A stretch of DNA of 64,000 nucleotides from Chrysomallon squamiferum (lineage: Eukaryota > Animalia > Mollusca), in assembly GCA_012295275.1 (NCBI GenBank), contig CM022679.1:12710001-12774000 (forward strand). The letters run 5' to 3'. Positions within the stretch are counted from its first letter, which is position 1. Each line of letters opens with the position of its first letter. Of this stretch, positions 29,503 through 44,222 are shown one piece after another. The notes under the pieces were generated by a model, which was not told where the DNA came from, did no database searches, and worked only from the letters and a program-made list of their open reading frames with translations. The position numbers and the translations under genes are program-made.

Positions 29503-29804
29503 CTGAAATATTGATGTTGTCATTTAAAAACTGAACTGTCTTTCATGGTTTTTACTGATTTGTTTTAGGTACATATAGGTTATAAGCAAAGACCCTATTA
29601 TAATGAACTAATAAAACAATTCATTCAACATTCAAACATGCTCACATACATATATTTATTGTTAAATGTTTACCATAATAAGTTATAGGTTATAAATGGT
29701 CTAAATAATTAAATTTTAAGATGTGATGAATATTTTGCAAAGCAGCACTAAGACATTAAATGCTTAAATAATCATATGAAATGAACATCTTAAATGTTAA
29801 AGGT

Positions 29805-30240
29805 GTGAAAGTTAAATATTACCATATTAACTTGGGATGAATATCTACAATATGAATTGTTTGCCAGTCACATATTTAAATAATTCTGGGTGAAAATTGA
29901 GCTTATAAAAAAATCTGAAATATCTATCATATCAACTACTTTATCCAGATATATCCTAGATATTAATTTTCTTATTCTTATTAAATGTTTACAGTTAAAT
30001 ATTAAGATAATAACTTGGGATAAATACTTAGAACAGCAACTGTGATAGTCAAATATTTAAATAGCATATCTTATGTCTGAAAATTCAATACTGTTTTTAA
30101 AAAATAATAGGGAATGAATATCTACAGTATCATCTGCTTTATGTATATAGATATACTAAATATTTATTTTTGTATTCTTAATGAAAATTTACAGTTAAAT
30201 ATTTACAGGATAATACTGGATGAATATCTTGCATATCACC
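29805..30240. repeat. Degenerate ~190-bp tandem duplication, about 2.3 copies
   Basis: gttaaatatt...ggat(g/a)aata recurs near 29811, 29994 and 30194. Confidence 0.65.
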
Positions 30241-31804
30241 AATATCAGAAATTATGTCAATGGTTTTGTCATATTATTCATTCTTAAGAAATTATCAGTG
30301 TTCCAACTTAAGGATCACTTGTATTTCATTATTTAAATGTCAAGCATTTATGATGTAAATTTTTTTCATTGATGGCACTAACATAAAACCAGCTTTCTGT
30401 AATTACCTAGGTAACATATTTCTGAGGACCTCTTGAAATCATGTGTATGCATGTGTTTGTATTTCCTCTCTCAATTCAATGTAATAGTGACCTATTATTA
30501 TAACCTAAATTTATTAATTAATTAATACTGCATAATGTTTGTATGATGTATATGTATGCATATGTGTATATGTACATGTATATGTAAATATGTGTGTGTG
30601 TGGCTGTGTGTGTGTGTGTTTGTATGTATACATATGTATAAACATGCATCTGTGCATGTGCATGTACACATACAACTGTCTGAATGCTTAGAGTACATCA
30701 GTGCTATATAAAACAGCCTTGCCATGAGAGCAATAGTTTTAATTTATCTCAATAATTTAACCTGGAGTCCTCAAATAGAAGAAGAATGGGGGGGGGTGGA
30801 AAAGGAAAAAGAAAATTAAGAACAAAATTTTTTGCCTTTGGGAAATCTGTAATGACAGGTTCTGTGCTAATTTTGTCAACATAGAGAGACATGTGAAATA
30901 CAATCAATATATACCATCAGGAGAAGCCAGTATGTGTACCTCATTCTCACATATGGCCAACAACAGGGTGCATTATTGATTGGTATCTTCACATTTAACA
31001 TAGAAATATGTGTATATGATGGTTTATCCAGTGCATATAATATGTAAAACTAAAATTATTTTAAAATATATAAAACTGTTTCACATATCTTTGAACAGTA
31101 TTAAATGAATCAGTTAATATCCATCATGTGTACCTCTACATATTCCAAAAATGCTTTTATGGAAAAAAAAATCTTTAAGAATTTTTAATGAAATTAACTG
31201 ATCCATTTTTATTATTTTTTTATTGTTATTTTTCAACATCTCAGCATATTTTATATTAGCATTACAACAGATATAATGACTCAGAGATATATTCTTTAGG
31301 TAAGAAACATGAAATAGAAAAACTGCTCTTTTCATTAATCCATTAGGTTTTTTTTATATATACACTCATTTTCACAAAAGCTGTGCCAGAGAAATAATCA
31401 TAGAGGCATCATGTTTGTGTCAAAGATAAAATATTTAATCATTACTGCTTAATTATTATTAATATACAAGTATCAAAAACTTTAATAAGGTGCAGGACTT
31501 TGGTGAAAAGGGATTCTATAGTTGTGGTGATAAAACTTTAAAAAACAAAATAAATAAATAAAAGTAACTGATGATTAGTAAAAATAAAAATAAGTAGGTG
31601 TGATCTGGGAGTTTACTTTGTAAATCCATGTTTTCTTTACTTACTTTATAAAGTACATTGTACTGGAATTAAAAAATCTTAAATTAATAATAAAAGAAAT
31701 TTATAATACCATTTTTGAATCACTAGCATTATGTCTTGTTGATTTGTTGTTTTTGTTTTGTTAAAATGTTTCCAGGACTTTTTTTTTTTTATTAGTTTAA
31801 TTAC

Positions 31805-31933
31805 CTTCTACTAGAAGCTTGCCATTAGAATGAAGGACCTTGACATCAATGCGACCTCTTCTCTCCGTATGGTCAATTCCACACAATTTTGGCACATTCA
31901 TTTCACATCGTTTGTGAACATTCATGTCACATG
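31805..31933 (-). CDS. PRKC1: cPKC exon, end of C1b/start of C2: [42 protein letters not shown], 129 bp, phase 1-1
   Basis: cag acceptor, gtaa donor, conserved c[12 protein letters not shown] motif, phase matches neighbours. Confidence 0.95.
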
Positions 31934-34900
31934 CTGCAATGACAAAAAATACATTTACAAATTATTTAAACATTTTATCAAAGATTTCTGAAGGTCATTA
32001 ATCTGTCTGACTTTTATACTGTTACTTTCCCATCAGGTATAGATCATATAATTAAAGCAGATGAAAATATGTATGTCATGTTATGTCATGTCTGTGTTTG
32101 TTGTTTGTTGTGTATTTGTATGCTGTATGTACATCCTTTCTAATGAGTGTGTATCTGTGTGATTTGCAAACATATGTAAATGGCATTTATAGACTTCAGT
32201 GCATGTATCTCTCTACATATGAGTTTGTGTATGTCTATGAATGTTTTGAGACATATTTATAATAAATTTCATAATTTGCATGAGTTTGTACGTTTGTTAA
32301 CTTACATCAGCAGGGATGCTCCTTTCACATACTTTTATAAACACATTCTACAAGTGCAGATGCCCCTTTCAGACAGTTTACAAGCATCTTACATTAGACT
32401 AAATGACATCAGCAGTGCTGTATTCTATAGAATTGGTGTTAGCCGTGAACACTGGACAATTTCGTTGCTCACTATCTAATTCATTAACCTTCTAACACAT
32501 GCCAGACTATCATGAAGAAACTCGGGATGTGAATGTAATGAAAAATGAACCAGAACTAAAAGGCAAAGAAACCTTCCATACAAGTGTATCATGTAATTAC
32601 ATCAGTCATGAGAAAATGAGGTGAAAAAAAAGAGTTACAACTTGTTTCTTGTGACAAGTCTTCAACTTAATATCATTAGTCGTTATCTAGCCCAAAGGAT
32701 CTACTACATGGATTTAAATTCTGAACCACAGAGCAACAAAAATCAATCAAGTAAAAAACATTCAGTTTAGCTTCTACTGGGATTTTAATTTTTACATTTC
32801 AAATTTTTTTATTGTTGTTGTTACTTTTTTGGCATGATATGAACATGGAAAAGCAATTATAGAGTTCTGTTTAACGATGTCTTTATGTCAATTTGGTGAG
32901 ACTGAAAGGTATGTCTGATGAGACTGAAATGTAAGCATGAATGTTTGAAATAAATTTTAGAAATAAGTGACAGGTATTAAAATAACTGATGAAATTATGA
33001 TACGGTCTCTTTTCAAAGAGATATCACACTGATATCTTACTTTCTTTAATCTCTGCATATCAATTCCCATGTTTTAATAATGGACTGCTTAAGGTTGTGA
33101 TAAAAATAAAAATAATAATGATAATCCTACACTGCAAATGCCATCAAGAGACAAAAAAAGATGAAACAGCCTCATTGTTTTCTTTCTTTGACTGACATCC
33201 ATGTCAAAATGAAGAAGAAGAAGAAGAAGAAGAAAAAACAAATCTTGTAATTACAAAGTATTGGGTTGTAATCCCAGCAGACAGAAGGGAAATTAAACTG
33301 TAATATAACTCAGCTGTTCGGTTCTGATATTTGTAGCAAATACATCAGATTATTTTCAACCTCAGAGAACAATATCAAATACATTTCAGTTCTTTCATTA
33401 GATACAATCTTCTTTCTGCAAGACTGTTTATTAATTGTAGCTACAGTCATTACATTTTGCTACATGTACATATGCATCTTTATGAGTTTGTGCTTACAGG
33501 TGTGTGCATGCATGCATGGATGCATTCATGTGGGCAGGTGGTTATGGAAATGCCAAAAGAATTACACAGTTTGGAGATGTTTGGGGATAAGTATCATATA
33601 TATAAAATATTACTTTATGTAAAATGAGGTCCATAGTAACATTATTACCAATAAAAATCAAAACACAAAATGTATTCTGAATGACATTACCATCATTTTC
33701 ATTTCAAAAATTAAACACACAACTATCCTAATATTAATTGTAAGGCCTACTGAAAGGCATAAAATGTTGTAAGTAAACAAATTCATTCAAAAAAATATAA
33801 AACTAATTAAAATAGAAATGTGTCCAAAAAAGAATTTCTAAAAAGATTTTGTAGAAGTCAGTTGAATACTAAGTCACAAACACTAAGTAATGAGAAAGCA
33901 GTATCACAGAAATCTGTATCACAACTAAATCTCAGTTATTTTGCATATAAATTGCAATATGCCAGCCATGAACCTTTTTTCTGTGGATATGGATATGTTT
34001 AAGTTTTAGCATATGTGTCTATAAAAGAACTTTTCAGGTAGTTACCATAAGCATATGTGTTATATTACCACAGAAGGGAGAGGGATTTTTTTTTTGTATT
34101 TTTTTGTTTGTTCTTAGGTAACACTGAGCTCAGATCTTAATTTAACACAAACCCTCTAACAGTTACATCATTAAAGAACCATCCTTCTTATTTAAACTGC
34201 CATTTACATCTTCCCGTTTGATGTTGGTTTTAGAAAAACCATTTACCTTTACAAAAGCCTACTACCAATCTGATAGTATTGATCACATCACTGAGTCCAT
34301 GTAGGCAGATAATTTAAAAGAAATTTCATTCACAAGGACACAGGCGATGGAATGAAGATCGATTTTTAAGTATCAAATTTTGCATCACCTGAGCAACAAA
34401 AACGGTGAAATGATGCAGAATGGCTATATTTATCCTCAGGTATTATTACAGGATGCATCTTTAATACGCTGGTGTGCTATCACTGTTATTTCACCAGATA
34501 TTCTTCTTATTATTATTATTATTATTATTTAGCTGGAGTCTAATATCATTTAATGATGTGAACAAACCTGATAGTAAAATGATGGCATACAAATAGCTAA
34601 AATGTATTTAGAATACTTGGTGTATTTTGGGGGTTTTTTTTTTACAAGTTTTTAAGATTGCTAACCAAACTTTGCTAATAATAAAGTATATCAATAAAAT
34701 AGAAAGAGCTTCATACATCAAAAATAGAAGAAAGAAAGTGGGGAGTGACGTATGCATACCTCTCTGCACATATTACTTCATTGTTAAATCACTGACATAC
34801 TTTCTTATCAACAAACATTGGTAACCAATGAAATGTTAATTTAAATTAAAAATGCATATATATGTTATTGTTTTTGAGGGATTTCGGGATTTTTTTTTTT

Positions 34901-34968
34901 TTATTTTTGTTTATTTATTTATTTATTTATTTTATGACAACAAAATAATTTTTAAATTAATGTTTTTA

Positions 34969-35121
<153 letters not shown>

Positions 35122-36645
35122 TTAAATAAATAAATAAATAAATAAATACAAATAGAAAACTTATGTCAACAGAACCACAACAGAAATAAACATTGGCATG
35201 CTTTAGTAACTGACAACATATAATAAAAAAATAAAATTTGACCAAACTATAAACATATAAACACATTAATTAATTAAAACATCTCACACAATTTAGTAAA
35301 CTTGTTATTGTAAACACTATAGCCTGAACTCACAGCTAAACCCAGACTGCAAGAAACTGCAAGTTAGAAATTCAAGGTAGAAAATTCTGTTAATTAAAAA
35401 AAACATACACATTTTATTTTCTAAGCAAATTTGATTTTTAGCATATTCTTCTCTATCCATTTAATAACAAACATTTTTCAAATATATATTTTTTAATTGC
35501 TAGCTAATTAAAACCAAACAGACACTGAATAAAGCAATGAGCTCAGGAATAAACATTAGAAGAGCTGGTACAATTTAACTGATGGCAAAAAGATGATAAC
35601 TCTTGTATCCACATTTAGTAATAATAATACATATACATAACAGAAATATCACTGTTTGAAACAAATATCCATGTCAAAGATCATGTTACTGATTTGTTTA
35701 ATTTAAATAGAATATAAACTGAAAATTAAATTTTAAAACAGATGATGCTGATATTAAGATCAAATGTCTTTTTATTAAATAATAATAATAAAATAACAGT
35801 TAAAAAAAAAAATAATAATAATAACAATAATAAAAAACAATGCTGTTTTGACATGACTTGATTTGAAATTTATCAGTTCTTTATTAGAAATAATTTTATG
35901 AAGTAAAGATTGAATTACGTTTTCTGTTCTGAAATACGTTATCCATCCCAAGCTAACAAAATAATTAAATACAGAAAATCAAATTCAACAAAGCAAAACT
36001 GGAAAAATAAAATGAAAATAAAACAAACTCATTTTATTGTATAAAACATTCTGTTTCCCCACATAAAATATCATGAAGTAATTTAAATGGTGACTAATAG
36101 CACAGAATAAGTGTTAAATATCTGTTTTACAGTTAAATTATGACAGGAATGAAATGAAAAATGTGATTGGTTATGATTCTGGCCTGAATTATATATATAT
36201 ATATAGCTGTTATTTCTTTTTACAGAATGTAAATTGTCACACACAAATATATATATATATATATTTGTGTGTGACAAAAAACAGATAAAACAGATATTTA
36301 AAAAGAAAAATTGAATAAAGCTGAACCTGTCTATGACAGCCAGTCAGCTGTTACAGAGAGGTGGTTGTCATTCTGAGTAAAAAGATTTTGAAAAAAAGGA
36401 AATGCACTTGGAGAAACACCGAGGTAGCCATCATATAACAGCAAACAAGACAATATTTTAAAAACAAACTATACTTAACAATAAACTGTGATGATAATAA
36501 TAATAATAATAATAATGAACAATGAACATAAATACTTCACTAAAATAAACACAATTATTACAGACAAGACATGCTAGAAATAATATGACAAAATATATTA
36601 ATATTTACATTAATAAAAAATAAAAAAAGAATATGTTTATTTTAA

Positions 36646-36693
<48 letters not shown>

Positions 36694-37069
36694 GGTACTA
36701 GTAGTAGCAGTAATAAATAAATAAATAAACTATGTGTGTATGTATATATATAGATATATATATACTGAGAGAGAGAGAAAAAGAGATTAAAAAAATGTAA
36801 AAGTCCATTCTAAATAATTTCAATAAAAAAAGACAGAAACAGAAGCAGAAACATTTTTTTTTCAATAATTGCTTTAAAATATAAACTATCTTTACACAAC
36901 CCAAAAAATGAACATCAAACATTTAGTCATTTTATACAATTTAAAGTGTGATTCACAAGTGTATTTTTATTTTTTTTTGGTTACTGAAACACTTTTCAAG
37001 AAGTATTGGTCTCTTATGAAGATTTACTCGTTTTGTTAAAAAAAGACTTAAGTGTTTATCTGTTACAGT

Positions 37070-37880
37070 AATAAATGTTGAAAAATTGCTTCACTGCATG
37101 CAAGAAAAAGTGAAGACATTTCTATCATCGTTAACAGTGCTTTGATTTTTTTTCTAATGATTTCATTTCCTTCCCAGAAATCTGCTATTAATTAATATCT
37201 TTTCCTGCATATTACTTAATTGTTATTTATTACATTTTAAAAGCAAAGAAGGTGCTGTAGATTTTTAATTATTGTTTTGGGGGGATTTTTTTTTTTTTGA
37301 GGGTTGGGAGGATTTGTGGGGGGCTAACCTTTTCTTGGTGCATATTTTTTTTTTTTTTTTGCTTCTTTTTATTGTTTTCTTTTTTAAAGAATGATTTGGA
37401 AAATAAGAAGTGTCAGAAAACTTGCAAACAGCTTTAAATTCAGCTTTATTATCTTTTAACTGATAGCAGTTTCTGGAACACATGAAATAAATGTTGAGAA
37501 ATTGTTTTACCGCATGAAAGAAAGATTTAAGACCTTTCTTTCCTCATTAACAACTGCTTGTTTTTTTTTCTATGCTATTTAATGTCGGTTTTTTTGTTTT
37601 CTTTTCAGAATTATGTTATTAATTAACATATTTTACTACATTTCAATTAACTGTTATTTATTACATTTAAAAGAATGGAGGTACTTTAAATTTTAACAAT
37701 GATGATGTTTTTTTGGGGGTTTTTGGGGTGGGTTATATTTTTTATTGTTATTATTATTACTATTTTTATTTTTATTTTTTTAAAAGAGATTTGTAAAATA
37801 AAAAGTGTTAGAAAAGTAGTAAAATGTTTTAAATTTAGCTTTATTTTCTTTTATCACCTTCCAGTTTCCACAAACAAATA
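37070..37880. repeat. Diverged ~415-bp tandem duplication
   Basis: ataaatgttga(a/g)aaattg... at 37071 and 37487 with collinear downstream similarity. Confidence 0.75.
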
Positions 37881-40079
37881 AAATTAACTACTACTACTAC
37901 CACTATTAATACAACTTTCTATTACTACTACTATTTAAAATTAACTAAATGAATAATAATTAAAAAAATTATGTATAATACAATATATAAACAAACAAAT
38001 AAATAACAAAAACGTTAATAAATAACAAACATAAGCATGAACATTTTGTACCAAAAAAGAAAAAAATAATAATAATTTATATATATATGTATATGTATAA
38101 CAATAAAAAATTAATCTGAGTTTTACTGCTGTATTACATAAAATAATAGATTTATTCTTGACCTACATATTAAAAAAAAAAAGTAGACACACACATGTTA
38201 TATATATGTTTTATTAACTGTTTATATATTTATTTATATGTGGCTTTATCATGATAGCAGTCTTATGTCAAATCTCATTCATGAATCTTCTTCATTTCAG
38301 CTCCTGCTGAAGACATTTTATATTGAAGAAAAAAGTTAATCTCTTCTTTCATTCATTCATTCATTCATGTATTCAGTCATTCAGTCATTATATTTTATTT
38401 ATTCATTCATTTATTTATTTACTTACTTATTTACTTACTCATTTATTATTTATTTATTTATGCATTCATTCATATCTTTAATGAGATTAGTTACTTTGGC
38501 ACTTTCAGTGATCTTCCTATATTATTATTGCTATTACTGCTTATTGCAATTATCACAAACCTGATTTAACAGAATTTTTAAAATTATTTCATTTATTGAC
38601 CTATTTTCTTTCATTATCAGTTTTTTCATCAGTTCCTTGTGCATTCTGCATTTGCTAAAAGAGTAAAACACTTTGTGGTATTTTCACTTAGACTCTGATT
38701 TGTAACTTGGTCATAAATATGAATTCTGGACTTTAAAATGTTCTTTTGACATCAAACTGTAATTTGACTAATATTTTGTTTTTAGTTTGGATTATTATGG
38801 TGTCTCTTGATATCAGAATATTATAAAGGAAAAGATTACAAAAACAAATTAAACAGATCACTGATTTAAATTTAGGATTATGTTTATCTAATAGTTTTAT
38901 TCTGCATGAAAAGGTGAATTTACCAACAGTGTAAACTTAATTTTAAAACAAGAAGCAATAAAAAAGCTGTTATCATTTTGGTCAATCTGGACTGATGAGT
39001 TTCAGTATTTCAAAAAAATTAAAAATAATAATAATAATAATAGTAATAGTAATAGTAATAATAATAATAGTAATAATAATAATAAAATAAAAAAGAAGAT
39101 TTGTCAATAAGTTACTGCATCTAGCAGACACTATAGCATACAGTAATATATCTGTCAAGTCTTCATGAAAAGATAACATTAAATTTCATCTGATAATCAA
39201 TCATAGATGATTGACTATTTTAAATGAAACATTTCAGTATTGAAATACTAATAAATAAATGCTAGTAAATATAAACACAATTCTTGGCTTTATAATCACA
39301 GGTAGCAATTATATACATTAAATTTTAAATCTGAAAGAGAACATTATACATTATTTAATATCAATAATCATTATATAAAGCATATTTAAATTTGATCAAA
39401 AAGAAAATTCTGATATCATTATAATGAAATAATAAAAAAAGATGTAAAAAACTACATAAAAAATATATTAATTAAAAATATTTGTTATTTAATTTAAAAA
39501 AAAAAAAAATAGTTTTATAAAGATTAATTAAAAAAAAAGAAAAAGTAACAGATAAAAAGTAAATTTCCGAATTTTACAAAATCAGGTTAAACAATACATT
39601 AGGGCAAATAGGTGAAAAATAATAAACATGGAAAACAGGAAATTAAGGTAGATTTAGGGGAAAAAATAATATTAAACAAAAAAAAAAAAATTATAAAAAG
39701 TTATCTGCTTTTTTATTTTTTTTTGTATATCAAAAAGATCTCAAGGTCAAAACTATTTTCCTAATAAAAAATTTAAAGAAAAAATAAAGACTATAAACAA
39801 AGTCTTCAGTAAAGGTTTCATGGGTTTCAAGCATTGCTAGGACCAAAATGTTTGACAATTTCTCTATTAAACTATAAATAATTAAAATTACAATTTTTCA
39901 GTTTGTTTTTAGTCATACCAGAAAAGTTATTTATTTATTTTAACATTATATATAAAGAGAATGTTTCTGTTAAAAATGGAAACAAATGATCACAACATTA
40001 AATTTTGTCAAAATATGTGATGTGTTTACAGTTTGAACTGTGAACTACAGTTTTCACCAAACATACATTATCTTTATCA

Positions 40080-40560
40080 GTGTACAGTGGTGCACACACT
40101 AAATGATGTACATACATCAGTGTGAAAATGGTTGAAGGTATAGATACATACATCAGTGGTACAACAGTGAACAAATACACATCAAGAAGATATGTATGGT
40201 AGAATGGTGTACATACATATATCAATGTCAAAATGGTTGTACATACATATATCAATTGTACAACACTCTATATATGCACATCAAAAAGGGTATATAGGGT
40301 AAAATGGGTTGTACATACACAGTTTACGCATACACATTGAGAAGGGTATGTATGGTAAAATACTGTACATATATCAATGTAAAAACATACATACAGTGGT
40401 ACAACAGTTTATATATTCACATCAAGAAGGATATGTATGGGGAACATTTTGTACATATATCAACGTAAAAATGATTGTAGGCCTAGATACACACATCAAT
40501 GGTACAACAGTTTACATATATACATCAAGAAGGGAACGTATGGAAATGTGTACACCAGGG
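40080..40560. repeat. Degenerate ~100-120-bp tandem array
   Basis: Recurring gtggtacaacagt...cacatcaagaag...gtatgg...tgtacatatatcaa. Confidence 0.75.
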
Positions 40561-40758
40561 CAGTGACATATAAAACAATTATCTTCACAACAGCCACCAC
40601 ACCTGTACACTGATACATCAAATCTTTGCATGCTTCTATCAGCTATACTAACAAATATATTAAATACAGACTGCAAATAAATCATTACTTTTCTTTTCAT
40701 TTGATGTGCTGCTGTATTTGGCATTGAAGAAATTAATTACTTTCTCCAATGAATACTA

Positions 40759-40789
<31 letters not shown>

Positions 40790-41010
40790 AGGTTTTTATA
40801 AAAATGGATAACTAACAACACAAAATAATAAAAGACAAAAACAAAATGAAAAAAAAAAAGAACAACAGTACAAATATACCATTTTGGCAGTGAGGGAGGC
40901 AATAGACAATAAAAAACTAACTACCAGCTTTACCCTTCACATATATTATACTAAAACATGAAAACAATTGTAAATTTTTTTTTTTTTTTTTTTTTTTTTT
41001 TGCCACTTAC

Positions 41011-41040
41011 CCTTTGTTTGTCCACATACATTTTGTAAGA
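41011..41040 (-). CDS. Candidate 30-nt exon SYKMYVDKQR (cassette microexon or alternative start-codon exon)
   Basis: tttctttttatttttag acceptor, AGG|gtaagt donor, phase 0 matching the 35082 acceptor, CAAAATG context; splice-signal evidence only. Confidence 0.45.
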
Positions 41041-41186
41041 CTAAAAATAAAAAGAAACTGCACCTCAGAGAAGAAATAAAATATAACTTCAAATGAAAAT
41101 GAAGAAATAATTAAAAAGAAAGAAGAAAAAAGTTAACATATGATAAGATATGAAGGAAGTTATATTAATTAATTTAAATGTAAACA

Positions 41187-41188
<2 letters not shown>

Positions 41189-41273
<85 letters not shown>

Positions 41274-41279
41274 TCTCTC
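41189..41279. repeat. (CT)n microsatellite, reading (GA)n on the PKC sense strand
   Basis: Direct reading. Confidence 0.95.
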
Positions 41280-41764
41280 ATCCAAATTTTTCATTCCTCT
41301 TTACATACAGAAAAAACACACCAACCCCTCCCACAAAATAGTAAAACACAACACCACCTGCAGGCAGACACAGAAAACAAAAATCTTCAGTAAACTCACA
41401 AATTCTTTAATTTCTTAAAACCAGCTTACTAATCAGATTACTTTTATATAAATTTAGGCAATGGATTCCTGTACAGACCGAAACACATTCACAATAACAA
41501 GTGGCACATACAACAATCACACAAAAGAGACCAGTTGACCTGGAAATAAAATTTTAATATCTTTCTCTTATCCATTGATTTTCAAACTTTCCACAGTGAC
41601 AAGTTTTAGTCTCAGTTAGATCCGACTAGTCTATTTCCAAAATACCTGAGATGTACTGGACAACCAATTTACAGTTCTTGTTAACACAGCTCTTCATGTC
41701 AGTATATATCATTAAAATGGATGGATTGGGAAAAAAAAAAAATCAAGTTAATTTATGTATTGAA

Positions 41765-41804
<40 letters not shown>

Positions 41805-42732
41805 ATTATACATGTACATTATATATCAATTATATATATATATATATATTTACATCTATCTACCTATCTTTCTATCTATATATATGCATGCATGTATATA
41901 TTTGTATGAATATATGTGCATGTGTATGTGTGCATGTGTATGGGTGTGTGTATGTGTGTATGTGTATGGGTGTGTGTATATGTGTATGTATGTATGTAAA
42001 GCAGGTATGTATATTATGTGTAATATATTTAGATATGTATGTACATATTCATGTCTGTGTGTGTGTGTGTGTGTATAGAAGTATTTATCTGTATATAAAT
42101 CATACACATGTATACATAGGCAAACATATACCTCTATATTTGTATCTGTCTACCTTAAAAGAAAGTTCTAAGGAAAAACAGTTCAACAGCACAAAAAGTG
42201 AAATTAATAAATTGCTCCTTAAAGTGACACAAAGAAATCAACATTTCCACTTTCTTTTGGCACCCACTTTTTTCCATCACCCACACTTAGATCAGTAAAG
42301 AGATGACAAGGAAAGATAATTGCTGGATACAAAACAAACATATTCTACAAAGACATAGGTGGGTTGAATGAAACACCTCGCACACTAACCTACTAACACA
42401 AAACTGAAGAGTGACAGGCAGGCAACATGGGCTCCCGTATTTCATTTCTCTGGCTGGGATTATGAGCATTATGAGAGGAGATGAGTAAGTGAAATGAACT
42501 GATCTGTCTGTGAGCCCAACAGATTAGTTACCAAGCCACACCGCCTGCAAGACCTGGCACCATTCTCGGAATCATGCAGCTTTGTTAGCAGGACTAATGA
42601 AAATAGTGCAGAGAATGAGGACACCAAGCGTTAAGTGTCTTATTTACAAATCTAACAACAACCGGGACTGGCATTGAGTGAACACAGCCAATAACTGTGA
42701 CTAAGAATTTAAATAAATAGAGAGGGAAATTC

Positions 42733-42919
42733 GAGAGGAGAAAGAGAAAGAGAGAGAGAAAGAATGAGAGAAAGAGAGAGAGAAAGAGAAAGAGAGAAAG
42801 AGAGAGACAGAACAGAGAGAAAGAGAAAGAGAGAGAAAGAAAGAGAGAGAAAAAGAGAAAGAGAAAAAGAGAGAAGAAAGAAAGAGAGAGAGAGAACAAA
42901 GAGAAAGAGAAAAAGAGAG
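42733..42919. repeat. ~190-bp almost pure polypurine (GA-rich) tract
   Basis: Direct reading; few pyrimidine interruptions. Confidence 0.9.
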
Positions 42920-43852
42920 TAAGACAGAGATATGCATAATACACTGATAGACTGGAGGAAAGATAAAAAATAACTGAGATAATGAAAAGGAAATCAATTA
43001 AAACAATTATCTTTAAAATGCATTAGTTCAGTCTTTTATGATTTCTTTATTTTTTTTCATTTATTACTGTATTAAAAATTATTACTCAAAACATTCTATT
43101 ACAAATGAACAATTCAATTTTTTTCTTTTTGCATTAAAAAAATAATCTGCATGACATAAACCTGTGTATTCTATTATTAGAAATAATTAATAATTTTGCA
43201 TTTATGAAAGCCAGCTTTCTTGATCATAGTAAGTAACAGTTTTGAATTTTAATTTCAATTAAAAAATAATAAATCTAAAATGTCAATGATGCTTTTGTCA
43301 GAGACATGAACATTTTTTTATTATTATTGTTATTATTATTATTATTTTATTTTATTATTTTTTGTTTTCAAGTAATTACAAAAGTAAATAAGAACAATAA
43401 TTCAGTTCTAAAGCACAAATACATAATGTTTTGTTATTTCTTGCAAAAAAAAAAAAAAAAAGCAATATAAAAAAGCATGTTCACTGCACTTAAAAAATAA
43501 GCAACAGTTTCTATGGCACTGTGAATACAAGCGTTATTAGTCTTTCTGCTTGATTTGCAGTAAACACAAGTTTTTCTTCAGCTACGTCAACAACATTATA
43601 CCACCCTGTCTGCCCCATTTGTCGGCCTTCAGTTCAACCTTTCATAATTATTACAAAATGTAACCGAGAGGGTTTGCTTAGTTCTCCAAAATACATGTGG
43701 CAGAGGTTTTTCCCTTTCACACAAACACATTTATTATTGATCTGCTGTTACAAGAGACAAGTAATAAGCCACAGATATTGTCACCAGACCAATAAACGAA
43801 TGCTCTAAGCTATAACAGCACTACCTTATGATGACCATGATGTAACTAATGG

Positions 43853-44222
43853 GGTTGCCTTGTTTCAAATAAATTGCCAGTGGAGATGATGTCAAATGTT
43901 TAGACCATGAATCAAATGATTTGGGAGAGGACGGTGTGATTAAAGTATTTTTATGCAGTTTTGTATGTTATAATCAAAAGGTTGCACTGCAACAAATAAA
44001 TTGCTATTGGAGATTGATGAAACTTTTAGACCATGAATCAAATGATTTGGGAAAGGATGGTATGATTTAAGTGTTTTTATGCAGTTTTGTATGTTATAAC
44101 TGAACGGTTGCCTTGCATTAAATAAATTACCATTGGTAGTGACGTCAAATTTTTAGACCATGAATCTAGTGATTTAGAAAGAATGAAATAAATCATATAT
44201 TTTTATGTAGTTTTGTACATGT
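43853..44222. repeat. Three ~127-bp diverged tandem copies
   Basis: tagaccatgaatc recurs at about 43901, 44027 and 44154 with collinear flanks. Confidence 0.9.

Noticed and set aside
35334-35356. Possible 13- or 23-nt exon just upstream of the C1b exon (ctaac...cag...gtgagt)
   Set aside because: Neither length preserves frame; no further support
40512-40724. Minus-strand ORF with CFICHCPGV as the missing C1a exon
   Set aside because: Lacks the VHKRCHEFV context and proper splice sites, and overlaps a tandem repeat
41651-42997. 215-aa and other C/V/Y- or S/L/F-rich ORFs
   Set aside because: Translations of (TG)n, (TA)n and GA-rich simple repeats
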